Source of the DNA: Eledone cirrhosa
Taxonomy: Eukaryota
Assembly (NCBI GenBank): GCA_964016885.1
Contig: OZ024742.1
Span: 167,028,001-167,092,000, forward strand
Direction of reading: 5' to 3'
DNA length: 64,000 nucleotides
Made by a program: the position numbers and the translations under genes. Below the pieces are notes generated by a model. It saw only the letters and a program-made list of their open reading frames with translations, did not search any database and was not told the DNA's origin. This document shows, piece by piece, positions 1-13,700 of the stretch; the first letter of the stretch is position 1, and each line of letters opens with the position of its first letter.

Positions 1-3000
1 AATCAAGAGGAGATAATTTCCAGCCGTCGAAGGGAAGATAATTTCCAGCCCTCCAAGGGGCTATAATTTCCAGCGTCCAAGGGGAGATAATTTCCAGCCA
101 GCGAAGGGGAGATAATTTTTTTTTAAAAATCATTGGGAGATTTGTAAAAAAAATCAGGGGGAGATAATTTGTAAAAAAAATCAAGGGGAGATAATTTCCA
201 GCCGTCCAAGAGGAGGTAATATCTAGCCATCGAAGGGGAGATAATTTCCAGCCGTCCAAGGGGAGATAATTTCCAGCCGTCCAAGGGTAGATAATATCCA
301 GCCGTCCAAGTAGACATTTTCCAGCCGTCCAAGGAGAGGTAATTTCTAGCCGTCCAAGGGGAGATAAATTCCAGCCTCCAAGGGGAGATAATTTCCAGCC
401 AGCCAAGGGGAGATAATTTGTAAAAAAATCAGGGGGAGATAATTTGTAAAAAAAATCAGGGGGAGATAATTTGTAAAAAAAAATCAGGGGGAGATAATTT
501 GTAAAAAAAAATCAGGGGGAGATAATTTGTAAAAAAAAATCAGGGGGAGATAATTTGTAAAAAAAATCAAGGGAAGATAATTTCCAGCCGTCCAAGGGGA
601 GATAATTTTCAGCCGTCCAAGGGGAGATAATTTCCAGCCGTCCAAGGGGAGATAATTTCCATCCTTCCAAGGGGAGATAATTTGTAAAAAAAAATCAGGG
701 GGAGATAATTTGTAAAAAAAATCAAGGGGAGATAATTTCCAGCCGTCCAAGGGGAGATAATTTTCAGCCGTCCAAGGGGAGATAATTTCCCGCCAGCCAA
801 GGGAAGATAATATTTAAAAAAATCAGGCGGAGATAATTTGTAAAAAAAATCAGGGGGAGATAATTTGTAAAAAAATCAGGGGGAGATAATTTGTAAAAAA
901 AAAATCAGGGGGAGATAATTTGTAAAAAAAATCAGGGCTAGATAATTTGTAAAAAAAAATCAGGGGTAGATAATTTGTAAAAGAAAATCAGGGGGAGATA
1001 ATTTGTAAAAAAAAATCAGGGGGAGATAATTTGTAAAAAAAATCAAGGGGAGATAATTTCCAGCCGTCCAAGGAGAGATAATTTTTAAAAAAAATCAGGC
1101 GGAGATAATTTGTAAAAAAAAATCAAGGGGAGATAATAGGTAAAAAAAAATCAGGGGGAGATAATTTGTAAAAAAATCAAGGGGAGATAATTTCCAGCCG
1201 TCCAAGGGAAGATAATTTCCAGCACTCCAAGGGGCTATAATTTCCAGTGTCCAAGGGGAGATAATTTCCAGCCAGCGAAGGGGAGATAATTTTTTTAAAA
1301 AAATCAGGGGGAGATATGTAAAAAAAATCAGAGGGAGATAATTTCTAAAAAAAATCAAAGGGAGATAATTTCCAGCCGTCCAAAAGAGATAATTTCTAGC
1401 CGTCCAAGGGGAGATAATTTCCAGCCAAGGGGAGATAATTTCCAGCCGTCCAAGGGGAGATAATTTTTTAAAAAATCAGGTGGAGATAATTTGTAAAAAA
1501 AATCAGGGGGAGATAATTTGTAAAAACAAAATCAAGGGCAGATAATTTCCAGCTGTCCAAGGGGAGATAATTTCCAGCCGTGCAAGGGGAGATAATTTCC
1601 AGCCGTCCAAGGGGAGATAATTTCCATCCTTCCATGGGGAGATAATCTCCAGCCGTCCAAGGGGAGATAATTTCCCGCCAGCCAAGGGAAGATAATTTTT
1701 AAAAAAATCAGGCGGAGATTGTAAAAAAAATCAGGGGGAGATAATTTGTACAAAAATCAGGGGGAGATAATTTGTAAAAAAAAAATCAGGGAAGATAATT
1801 TGTAAAAAAAAATCAGGGGGAGATAATTTGTAAAAAAAAAATCAGGGGGAGATAATTTGTAAAAAAAATCAGGGGTAGATAATTTGTTAAAAAAAATCAG
1901 GGGGTGATAATTTGTAAAAAAAAATCAGGGGGAGATAATTTGTAAAAAAATCAAGGGGAGATAATATGCAGCCGTCCAAGGGGAGATAATTTTCAGCCGT
2001 CCAAGGAGAGGTAATTTCTAGCCGTCCAAGGGGAGATAATTTCCAGCCGTCCAAGGGGAGATAATTTCCAGCCGTCCAATGGGATATAGTTTTTTTAAAA
2101 AAATCAGGCGGAGATAATTTGTAAAAAAAAAATCAGGCGGAGATAATTTGTAAAAAAAAATCAGGGGGAGATAATTTGTAAAAAATATCAGGGGGAGATA
2201 ATTTGTAAAAAAAATCAGGGGGAGATAATTAGTAAAAAAAATCAAGGGGAGATAATTTCCAGCCGTCCAAGGGGAGGTAATATCTAGCCGTCCAAGGGGA
2301 GATAATTTCCAGCCGTCCAAGGGGAGATAATTTCCAGACGTCCAAGGGTAGATAATATCCAGCCGTCCAAGTAGACATATTTTCCAGCCGTCCAAGGAGA
2401 GGTAATTTCTAGCCGTCCAAGGGGAGATAAATTCCAGCCTCCAAGGGGAGATAATTTCCAGCCAGCCAAGGGGAGATAATTTGTAAAAAAATCAGGGGGA
2501 GATAATTTGTAAAAAAAATCAATTGGAGATAATTTCCAGCCGTCCAAGGAGAGATAATTTAAAAAAAAAATCAGGCGAAGATAATTTGTAAAAAAAAATC
2601 AGGGGGAGATAATTTGTAAAAAAAATCAAGGGGAGATAATTTCCAGCTGTCCAAGGGGAGATAATTTTCAGCCGTCCAAGGGGAGATAATTTCCCGCCAG
2701 CCAAGGGAAGATAATATTTAAAAAAATCAGGCGGAGATAATTTGTAAAAAAAATCAGGGGGAGATAATTTGTAAAAAAATCAGGGGGAGATAATTTGTAA
2801 AAAAAAAATCAGGGGGAGATAATTTGTAAAAAAAATCAGGGGGAGATAATTTGTAAAAAAAAATCAGGGGTAGATAATTTGTAAAAAAAAATCAGGGGGA
2901 GATAATTTGTAAAAAAAAATCAGGGGGAGATAATTTGTAAAAAAAATCAATTGGAGATAATTTCCAGCCGTCCAAGGAGAGATAATTTAAAAAAAAAATC

Positions 3001-5360
3001 AGGCGAAGATAATTTGTAAAAAAAAATCAGGGGGAGATAATTTGTAAAAAAAAATCAGGGGGAGATAATTTGTAAAAAAAATCAAGGGGAGATAATTTCC
3101 AGCCGTCCAAGGGGAGAATTTTCAGCCGTCCAAGGAGAGGTAATTTCTAGCCGTCCAAGGGGAGATAATTTCCCGCCATCCAAGGGGAGATAATTTCCAG
3201 CCGTCCAAGGGGAGATAATTTAAAAAAAAAATCAGGCGGATATAATTTGTAAAAAAAATCAAGGGGAGATAATTTGCAGCCGTCCAAGGGGAGATAATTT
3301 TCAATCGTCCAAGGAGAGGTAATTTTTAGCCGTCCAAGGGGAGATAATTTCCAGCCGTCCAAGGGGAGATAATTTCCAGCCGTCCAAGGGGAGATAATTT
3401 TTTTAAAAAATCAGGCGGAGATAATTTGTAAAAAAAATCAGGGGGAGATAATTTGTAAAAAAAAATCAGGGGGAGATAATTTGTAAAAAAAAATCAGGGG
3501 GAGATAATTTCCAGCCGTCCAAGGGAAGATAATTTCAAGCCCTCCAAGGGGCTATAATTTCCAGTGTCCAAGGGGAGATAATTTCCAGCCAGCGAAGGGG
3601 AGATAATTTTTTTTTAAAAATCAGGGAGATTTGTAAAAAAAATCAGGGGGAGATAATTTGTAAAAAAAATCAAAGGGAGATAATTTCCAGCCGTCCAAAG
3701 AGAGATAATTTCTAGCCGTCCAAGGCGAGATAATTTCGAGCAAGGGGAGATAATTTCCAGCCGTCCAAGGGGAGATATTTTTTTAAAAAATCAGGTGGAG
3801 ATAATTTGTAAAAAAAATCAGGTGGAGATAATTTGTAAAAACAAAATCAAGGGCAGATAATTTCCAGCTGTCCAAGGGGAGATAATTTCCAGCCGTGCAA
3901 GGGGAGATAATTTCCAGCCGTCCAAGGGGAGATAATTTCCATCCTTCCAGGGGGAGATAATTTCCAGCCGTCCAAGGGGAGATAATTTCCCGCCAGCCAA
4001 GGGAAGATAATTTTTTAAAAAATCAGGCGGAGATTGTAAAAAAAATCAGGGGGAGATAATTTGTAAAAAAATCAGGGGGAGATAATTTGTTAAAAAAATC
4101 AAGGGGAGATTATTTCCAGCCGTCTAAGGGGAGGTAATATCTAGCCGTCCAAGGGGAGATAATTTCCAGCCGTCCAAGGGGAGATAATTTCCAGCCGTCC
4201 AAGGGTAGATAATATCCAGCCGTCCAAGGAGACATATTTTCCAGCCGTCCAAGGAGAGATAATTTCTAGCCGTCCAAGGGGAGATAAATTCCAGCCTCCA
4301 AGGGGAGATAATTTCCAGCCAGCCAAGGGGAGATAATTTGTAAAAAAATCAGGGGGAGATAATTTGTAAAAAAAATCAGGGGGAGATAATTTGTAAAAAA
4401 AAATCAGGGGGAGATAATTTGTAAAAAAAATCAGGGGGAGATAATTTGTAAAAAAAATCAAGGGGAGATAATTTCCAGCCGTCCAAGGGGAGATAATTTT
4501 CAGCCGTCCAAGGGGAGATAATTTCCCGCCAGCCAAGGGAAGATAATATTTAAAAAATCAGGCGGAGATAATTTGTAAAAAAAATCAGGGGGAGATAATT
4601 TGTAAAAAAATCAGGGGGAGATAATTTGTAAAAAAAAATCAGGGGGAGATAATTTGTAAAAAAAATCAGGGGTAGATAATTTGTAAAAAAAAATCAGGGG
4701 GAGATAATTTGTAAAAAAAATCAGGGGGAGATAATTTGTAAAAAAAATCAAGGGGAGATAATTTCCAGCCGTCCAAGGAGAGATAATTTTAAAAAAAAAT
4801 CAGGGGGAGATAATTTGTAAAAAAAAATCAAGGGGAGATAATTTGTAAAAAAAAATCAGGGGGAGATAATTTGTAAAAAAAATCAAGGGGAGATAATTTC
4901 CAGCCGTCCAAGGGAAGATAATTTCCAGCACTCCAAGGGGCTATAATTTCCAGTGTCCAAGGGGAGATAATTTCCAGCCAGCGAAGGGGAGATAATTTTT
5001 TAAAAAAAATCAGGGGGAGATATGTAAAAAAAAATCAGAGGGAGATAATTTGTAAAAAAAATCAAAGGGAGATAATTTCCAGCCGTCCAAAGAGAGATAA
5101 TTTCTAGTCGTCCAAGGGGAGATAATTTCCAGCCAAGGGGAGATAATTTCCAGCCGTCCAAGGGGAGATAATTTTTTAAAAAATCAGGTGGAGATAATTT
5201 GTAAAAAAAATCAGGGGGAGATAATTTGTAAAAACAAAATCAAGGGCAGATAATTTCCAGCTGTCCAAGGGGAGATAATTTCCAGCCGTGCAAGGGGAGA
5301 TAATTTCCAGCCGTCCAAGGGGAGATAATTTCCATCCTTCCAAGGGGAGATAATTTCCAG
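1..5360 (+). repeat. Left, more diverged layer: rearranged relatives of segments in the central 9.8 kb HOR
   Basis: Positions 1-~2000 follow the cassette order of ~19920-21950 (CGTCGAAGGGAAG, CATTGGGAGATTTG, CAGCACTCC, GAGATATGT, TTTCTAAAA, ATAATCTCC). They carry private changes such as AGGGCTAG ~935, GATAATAGGT ~1132 and CCAAAAGAG ~1380. Confidence 0.7.
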
Positions 5361-8300
5361 CCGTCCAAGGGGAGATAATTTCCCGCCAGCCAAGGGAAGA
5401 TAATTTTTTAAAAAACCAGGCGGAGATTGTAAAAAAAATCAGGGGGAGATAATTTGTAAAAAAATCAGGGGGAGATAATTTGTAAAAAAAAAATCAGGGG
5501 AGATAATTTGTAAAAAAAAATCAGGGGGAGATAATTTGTAAAAAAAAAATCAGGGGGAGATAATTTGTAAAAAAAAATCAGGGGTAGATAATTTGTAAAA
5601 AAAAATCAGGGGGAGATAATTTGTAAAAAAAAATCAGGGGGAGATAATTTGTAAAAAAATGAAGGGGAGATAATATGCAGCCGTCCAAGGGGAGATAATT
5701 TTCAGCCGTCCAAGGAGAGGTAATTTCTAGCCGTCCAAGGGGAGATAATTTCCAGCCGTCCAAGGGGAGATAATTTCAAGCCGTCCAAGGGGAGATAGTT
5801 TTTTTAAAAATCAGGGGGAGATTTGTAAAAAAAATCAGGGGGAGATAATTTGCAAAAAAAATCAAAGGGAGATAATTTCCAGCCGTCCAAAGAGAGATAA
5901 TTTCTAGCCGTCCAAGGGGAGATAATTTCGAGCCAAGGGGAGATAATTTCCAGCCGTCCAAGGGGAGATAATTTTTTAAAAAATCAGGTGGAGATAATTT
6001 GTAAAAAAAATCAGGGGGAGATAATTTGTAAAAACAAAATCAAGGGCAGATAATTTCCAGCTGTCCAAGGGGAGATAATTTCCAGCCGTGCAAGGGGAGA
6101 TAATTTCCAGCCGTCCAAGGGGAGATAATTTCCATCCTTCCAAGGGGAGATAATTTCCAGCCGTCCAAGGGGAGATAATTTCCCGCCAGCCAAGAGAAGA
6201 TAATTTATTAAAAAATCAGGCGGAGATTGTAAAAAAAATCAGGGGGAGATAATTTGTAAAAAAATCAGGGGGAGATAATTTGTAAAAAAATCAAGGGGAG
6301 ATAATTTCCAGCTGTCCAAGGGGAGGTAATATCTAGCCGTCCAAGGGGAGATAATTTCCAGCCGTCCAAGGGGAGATAATTTCCAGCCGTCCAAGGGTAG
6401 ATAATATCCAGCCGTCCAAGGAGACATATTTTCCAGCCGTCCAAGGAGAGGTAATTTCTAGCCGTCCAAGTGGAGATAAATTCCAGCCTCCAAGGGGAGA
6501 TAATTTCCAGCCAGCCAAGGGGAGATAATTTGTAAAAAAATCAGGGGGAGATAATTTGTAAAAAAAATCAGGGGGAGATAATTTGTACAAAAAATCAGGG
6601 GTAGATAATTTGTAAAAAAAAATCAGGGGGAGATAATTTGTAAAAAAAATCAAGGGGAGATAATTTGCAGCCGTCCAAGGGGAGATAATTTTCAGCCGTC
6701 CAAGGAGAGGTAATTTCTAGCCGTCCAAGGTGAGATAATATCCAGCCGTCCAAGGGGAGATAATTTCCAGCCGTCCAAGGGGAGATAATTTTTAAAAAAA
6801 AACAGGCGGAGATAATTTGTAAAAAAAAAATCAGGGTGAGATAATTTGTAAAAAAAAATCAGGGGGAGATAATTTGTAAAAAAAAATCAGGGGGAGGTAA
6901 TTTATAAAAAAAATCAAGGGGAGATAATTTCCAGCCGTCCAAGGGAAGATAATTTCCAGCCCTCCAAGGGGCTATAATTTCCAGCGTCCAAGGGGAGATA
7001 ATTTCCAGCCAGCGAAGGGGAGATAATTTTTTTTTTTTTAAATCAGGGGGACATAATTTGTAAAAAAAATAAGGGGGAGATAATTTGTAAAAAAAATCAA
7101 GGGGAGATAATTTGTAAAAAAAATCAGGGGGAGATAATTTGTAAAAAAAAATCAGGGGGAGATAATTTGTAAAAAAAAATCAAGGGGAGATAATTTGTAA
7201 AAAAAATCAAGGGGAGATAATTTCCAGCCGTCCAAGGGGAGATAATTTTCAGCCGTCCAAGGGGAGATAATTTCCCGCCAGCCAAGGAAAGATAATATTT
7301 AAAAAAATCAGGCGGAGATAATTTGTAAAAAAAATCAGGGGGAGATAATTTGTAAAAAAATCAGGGGGAGATAATTTGTAAAAAAAAATCAGGGGAAGAT
7401 TTGTAAAAAAAATCAGGGGGAGATAATTTGTAAAAAAAAATCAGGGGTAGATAATTTGTAAAAAAAAATCAGGGGGAGATAATTTGTAAAAAAAAATCAG
7501 GGGGAGATAATTTGTAAAAAAAATCAATTGGAGATAATTTCCAGCCGTCCAAGGGGAGATAATTTTCAGCCGTCCAAGGAGAGGTAATTTCTAGACGTCC
7601 AAGGGGAGATAATTTCCAGCCGTCCAAGGGGAGATAATTTCCAGCCGTCCAAGGGTAGATAATATCCAGTCGTCCAAGGAGACATATTTTCCAGCTTTCC
7701 AAGGAGAGGTAATTTCTATCCGTCCAAGGGGAGATAAATTCCAGCCTCCAAGGGGAGATAATTTCCAGCCAGCCAAGGGGAGATAATTTAAAAAAAAAAA
7801 TCAGGCGGAGATAATTTGTAAAAAAAATCTAGGGGAGATAATTTGCAGCCGTCCAAGGGGAGATAATTTTCAGCCGTCCAAGGAGAGGTAATTTCTAGAC
7901 GTCCAAGGGGAGATAATTTCCAGCCGTCCAATGGGAGATAATTTCCAGCCGTCCAAGGGGAGATAATTTTAAAAAAAAAATCAGGCGGAGATAATTTGTA
8001 AAAAAAATCTAGGGGAGATAATTTGCAGCCGTCCAAGGGGAGATAATTTTCAGTCGTCCAAGGAGAGGTAATTTCTAGCCGTCCAAGGGGAGATAATTTC
8101 CAGCCGTCAAAGGGGAGATAATTTCCAGCCGTCCAAGGGGAGATAATTTTTTTTAAAAAATCAGGGGGAGATAATTTGTAAAAAAAATCAGGGGGAGATA
8201 ATTTGTAAAAAAAAATCAGGGGGAGATAATTTGTAAAAAAAAATCAGGGGGAGATAATTTGTAAAAAAAATCAAGGAGAGATAATTTCCAGCCGTCCAAG

Positions 8301-10790
8301 GGAAGATAATTTCAAGCCCTCCAAGGGGCTATAATTTCCAGTGTCCAAGGGGAGATAATTTCCAGCCAGCGAAGGGGAGATAATTTTTTTTTAAAAATCA
8401 GGGGGAGATTTGTAAAAAAAATCAAGGGGAGATAATTTGTAAAAAAAATCAAAGGGAGATAATTTCTAGCCGTCCAAGGGGAGATAATTTCGAGCCAAGG
8501 GGAGATAATTTCCAGCCGTACAAGGGGAGATAATTTTTTAAAAAATCAGGTGGAGATAATTTGTAAAAAAAAATCAGGGGGAGATAATTTGTAAAAACAA
8601 AATCAAGGGCAGATAATTTCCAGCTGTCCAAGGGGAGATAATTTCCAGCCGTGCAAGGGGAGATAATTTCCAGCCGTCCAAGGGGAGATAATTTCCATCC
8701 TTCCAAGGGGAGATAATTTCCAGCCGTCCAAGGGGAGATAATTTCCCGCCAGCCAAGGGAAGATAATTTTTTACAAAATCAGGCGGAGATTGTAAAAAAA
8801 ATCAGGGGGAGATAATTTGTAAAAAAATCAGGGGGAGATAATTTGTAAAAAAATCAAGGGGAGATAATTTCCAGCCGTCCAAGGGGAGGTAATATCTAGC
8901 CGTCCAAGGGGAGATAATTTCCAGCCGTCCAAGGGGAGATAATTTCCAGCCGTCCAAGGGTAGATAATATCCAGCCGTCCAAGGAGACATATTTTCCAGC
9001 CGTCCAAGGAGAGGTAATTTCTAGCCGTCCAAGGGGAGATAAATTCCAGCCTCCAAGGGGAGATAATTTCCAGCCAGCCAAGGGGAGATAATTTGTAAAA
9101 AAATCAGGGGGAGATAATTTGTAAAAAAAATCAGGGGGAGATAATTTGTAAAAAAAAATCAGGGGGAGATAATTTGTAAAAAAAATCAGGGGGAGATAAT
9201 TTGTAAAAAAAATCAAGGGTAGATAATTTCCAGCCGTCCAAGGGGAGATAATTTTCAGCCGTCCAAGGGGAGATAATTTCCCGCCAGCCAAGGGAAGATA
9301 ATATTTAAAAAATGAGGCGGAGATAATTTGTAAAAAAAATCAGGGGGAGATAATTTGTAAAAAAATCAGGGGGAGATAATTTGTAAAAAAAAAATCAGGG
9401 GGAGATAATTTGTAAAAAAAATCAGGGGGAGATTATTTGTAAAAAAAAATCAGGGGTAGATAATTTGTAAAAAAAAATCAGGGGGAGATAATTTGTAAAA
9501 AAAATCAAGGGGAGATAATTTCCAGCCGTCCAAGGGAAGATAATTTCAAGCCCTCCAAGGGGCTATAATTTCCAGTGTCCAAGGGGAGATAATTTCCAGC
9601 CAGCGAAGGGGAGATAATTTTTTTTTAAAAATCAGGGGGAGATTTGTAAAAAAAATCAGGGGGAGATAATTTGTAAAAAAAATCAAAGGGAGATAATTTC
9701 CAGCCGTCCAAAGAGAGATAATTTCTAGCCGTCCAAGGGGAGATAATTTCGAGCCAAGGGGAGATAATTTCCAGCCGTCCAAGGGGAGATAATTTTTTAA
9801 AAAATCAGGTGGAGATAATTTGTAAAAAAAATCAGGGGGAGATAATTTGTAAAAACAAAATCAAGGGCAGATAATTTCCAGCTGTCCAAGGGGAGATAAT
9901 TTCCAGCCGTGCAAGGGGAGATAATTTCCAGCCGTCCAAGGGGAGATAATTTCCATCCTTCCAAGGGGAGATAATTTCCAGCCGTCCAAGGGGAGATAAT
10001 TTCCCGCCAGCCAAGGGAAGATAATTTTTTAAAAAATCAGGCGGAGATTGTAAAAAAAATCAGGGGGAGATAATTTGTAAAAAAATCAGGGGGAGATAAT
10101 TTGTAAAAAAATCAAGGGGAGATAATTTCCAGCTGTCCAAGGGGAGGTAATATCTAGCCGTCCAAGGGGAGATAATTTCCAGCCGTCCAAGGGGAGATAA
10201 TTTCCAGCCGTCCAAGGGTAGATAATATCCAGCCGTCCAAGGAGACATATTTTCCAGCCCTCCAAGGAGAGGTAATTTCTAGCCGTCCAAGTGGAGATAA
10301 ATTCCAGCCTCCAAGGGGAGATAATTTCCAGCCAGCCAAGGGGAGATAATTTGTAAAAAAATCAGGGGGAGATAATTTGTAAAAAAAAATCAGGGGGAGA
10401 TAATTTTTAAAAAAAATCAGGGGGAGATAATTTGTAAAAAAAATCAAGGGGAGATAATTTCCAGCCGTCCAAGGGGAGATAATTTTCAGCCGTCCAAGGG
10501 GAGATAATTTCCCGCCAGCCAAGGGAAGATAATATTTAAAAAATGAGGCGGAGATAATTTGTAAAAAAAATCAGGGGGAGATAATTTGTAAAAAAATCAG
10601 GGGGAGATAATTTGTAAAAAAAAAATCAGGGGGAGATAATTTGTAAAAAAAATCAGGGGGAGATAATTTGTAAAAAAAAATCAGGGGTAGATAATTTGTA
10701 AAAAAAAATCAGGGGGAGATAATTTGTAAAAAAAATCAGGGGGAGATAATTTGTAAAAAAAATCAAGGGGAGATAATTTCCAGCCGTCCA
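5360..10790 (+). repeat. ~5.5 kb HOR, copy 1
   Basis: Identical ORF-track entries recur at fixed offsets: 7788/13324, 8449/13985, 8574/14110 and 10154/15690 (+5536); 6011/11649 and 6333/11971 (+5638). Shared rare variants include TTTCTATCCGTCC, CAGCCGTACAAG, TTTTACAAAATC and GAGATTATTTGT. Confidence 0.9.
8270..10790 (+). repeat. Nested ~1.25 kb tandem pair inside 5.5 kb copy 1
   Basis: ORF-track offsets 8574/9832 and 8802/10060 are both +1258. Both subunits carry the AAAAATGAGGCGG variant (~9308 and ~10539). Confidence 0.85.
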
Positions 10791-13700
10791 AGGGGAGATA
10801 ATTTCCCGCCAGCCAAGGGAAGATAATTTTTAAAAAAATCAGGCGGAGATTGTAAAAAAAATCAGGGGGAGATAATTTGTAAAAAAATCAGGGGGAGATA
10901 ATTTGTAAAAAAAAAATCAGGGGAGATAATTTGTAAAAAAAATCAGGGGGAGATAATTTGTAAAAAAAAAATCAGGGGGAGATAATTTGTAAAAAATAAT
11001 CAGGGGTAGATAATTTGTAAAAAAAAATCAGGGGGAGATAATTTGTAAAAAAAAATCAGGGGGAGATAATTTGTAAAAAAATCAACGGGAGATAATATGC
11101 AGCCGTCCAAGGGGAGATAATTTTCAGCCGTCCAAGGAGAGGTAATTTCTAGCCGTCCAAGGGGAGATAATTTCCAGCCGTCCAAGGGGAGATAATTTCA
11201 AGCCGTCCAAGGGGAGATAGTTTTTTTAAAAAAATCAGGCGGAGATAATTTGTAAAAAAAAAATCAGGGGGAGATAATTTGTAAAAAAAAATCAGGGGGA
11301 GATAATTTGTAAAAAAAATCAGGGGGAGATAATTTGTAAAAAAAATCAAGGGGAGATAATTTCCAGCCGTCCAAGGGAAGATAATTTCAAGCCCTCCAAG
11401 GGGCTATAATTTCCAGTGTCCAAGGGGAGATAATTTCCAGCCAGCGAAGGGGAGATATTTTTTTTTTAAAAATCAGGGGGAGATAATTTGCAAAAAAAAT
11501 CAAAGGGAGATAATTTCCAGCCGTCCAAAGAGAGATAATTTCTAGCCGTCCAAGGGGAGATAATTTCGAGCCAAGGGGAGATAATTTCCAGCCGTCCAAG
11601 GGGAGATAATTTTTTAAAAAATCAGGTGGAGATAATTTGTAAAAAAAATCAGGGGGAGATAATTTGTAAAAACAAAATCAAGGGCAGATAATTTCCAGCT
11701 GTCCAAGGGGAGATAATTTCCAGCCGTGCAAGGGGAGATAATTTCCAGCCGTCCAAAGGGAGATAATTTCCATCCTTCCAAGGGGAGATAATTTCCAGCC
11801 GTCCAAGGGGAGATAATTTCCCGCCAGCCAAGAGAAGATAATTTTTTAAAAAATCAGGCGGAGATTGTAAAAAAAATCAGCGGGAGATAATTTGTAAAAA
11901 AATCAGGGGGAGATAATTTGTAAAAAAATCAAGGGGAGATAATTTCCAGTTCTCCAAGGGGAGGTAATATCTAGCCGTCCAAGGGGAGATAATTTCCAGC
12001 CGTCCAAGGGGAGATAATTTCCAGCCGTCCAAGGGTAGATAATATCCAGCCGTCCAAGGAGACATATTTTCCAGCCGTCCAAGGAGAGGTAATTTCTAGC
12101 CGTCCAAGTGGAGATAAATTCCAGCCTCCAAGGGGAGATAATTTCCAGCCAGCCAAGGGGAGATAATTTGTAAAAAAATCAGGGGGAGATAATTTGTAAA
12201 AAAAATCAGGGGGAGATAATTTGTACAAAAAATCAGGGGTAGATAATTTGTAAAAAAAAATCAGGGGGAGATAATTTGTAAAAAAAATCAAGGGGAGATA
12301 ATTTGCAGCCGTCCAAGGGGAGATAATTTTCAGCCGTCCAAGGAGAGGTAATTTCTAGCCGTCCAAGGTGAGATAATATCCAGCCGTCCAAGGGGAGATA
12401 ATTTCCAGCCGTCCAAGGGGAGATAATTTTTAAAAAAAAACAGGCGGAGATAATTTGTAAAAAAAAAATCAGGGTGAGATAATTTGTAAAAAAAAATCAG
12501 GGGGAGATAATTTGTAAAAAAAAATCAGGGGGAGGTAATTTATAAAAAAAATCAAGGGGAGATAATTTCCAGCCGTCCAAGGGAAGATAATTTCCAGCCC
12601 TCCAAGGGGCTATAATTTCCAGCGTCCAAGGGGAGATAATTTCCAGCCAGCGAAGGGGAGATAATTTTTTTTTTTTTAAATCAGGGGGACATAATTTGTA
12701 AAAAAAATAAGGGGGAGATAATCTGTAAAAAAAATCAAGGGGAGATAATTTGTAAAAAAATCAGGGGGAGATAATTTGTAAAAAAAAATCAGGGGGAGAT
12801 AATTTGTAAAAAAAATCAAGGGGAGATAATTTGTAAAAAAAATCAAGGGGAGATAATTTCCAGCCGTCCAAGGGGAGATAATTTTCAGCCGTCCAAGGGG
12901 AGATAATTTCCCGCCAGCCAAGGGAAGATAATATTTAAAAAAATCAGGCGGAGATAATTTGTAAAAAAAATCAGGGGGAGATAATTTGTAAAAAAATCAG
13001 GGGGAGATAATTTGTAAAAAAAAATCAGGGGAAGATTTGTAAAAAAAATCAGGGGGAGATAATTTGTAAAAAAAAATCAGGGGTAGATAATTTGTAAAAA
13101 AAAATCAGGGGGAGATAATTTGTAAAAAAAAATCAGGGGGAGATAATTTGTAAAAAAAATCAATTGGAGATAATTTCCAGCCGTCCAAGGGGAGATAATA
13201 TCCAGTCGTCCAAGGAGACATATTTTCCAGCTTTCCAAGGAGAGGTAATTTCTATCCGTCCAAGGGGAGATAAATTCCAGCCTCCAAGGGGAGATAATTT
13301 CCAGCCAGCCAAGGGGAGATAATTTAAAAAAAAAAATCAGGCGGAGATAATTTGTAAAAAAAATCTAGGGGAGATAATTTGCAGCCGTCCAAGGGGAGAT
13401 AATTTTCAGCCGTCCAAGGAGAGGTAATTTCTAGACGTCCAAGGGGAGATAATTTCCAGCCGTCCAATGGGAGATAATTTCCAGCCGTCCAAGGGGAGAT
13501 AATTTTAAAAAAAAAATCAGGCGGAGATAATTTGTAAAAAAAATCTAGGGGAGATAATTTGCAGCCGTCCAAGGGGAGATAATTTTCAGTCGTCCAAGGA
13601 GAGGTAATTTCTAGCCGTCCAAGGGGAGATAATTTCCAGCCGTCAAAGGGGAGATAATTTCCAGCCGTCCAAGGGGAGATAATTTTTTTTAAAAAATCAG

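Noticed and set aside
56-70. TATAAT in the GGGGCTATAAT variant as a bacterial -10 box
   Set aside because: It is a two-base variant of the repeat core copied with its cassette. There is no -35 element or downstream gene.
7021-7045. Long T runs and A runs as intrinsic terminators or retroposon poly-A tails
   Set aside because: There is no GC-rich stem before the T runs and no element body or target-site duplication. The runs are integral parts of B monomers.
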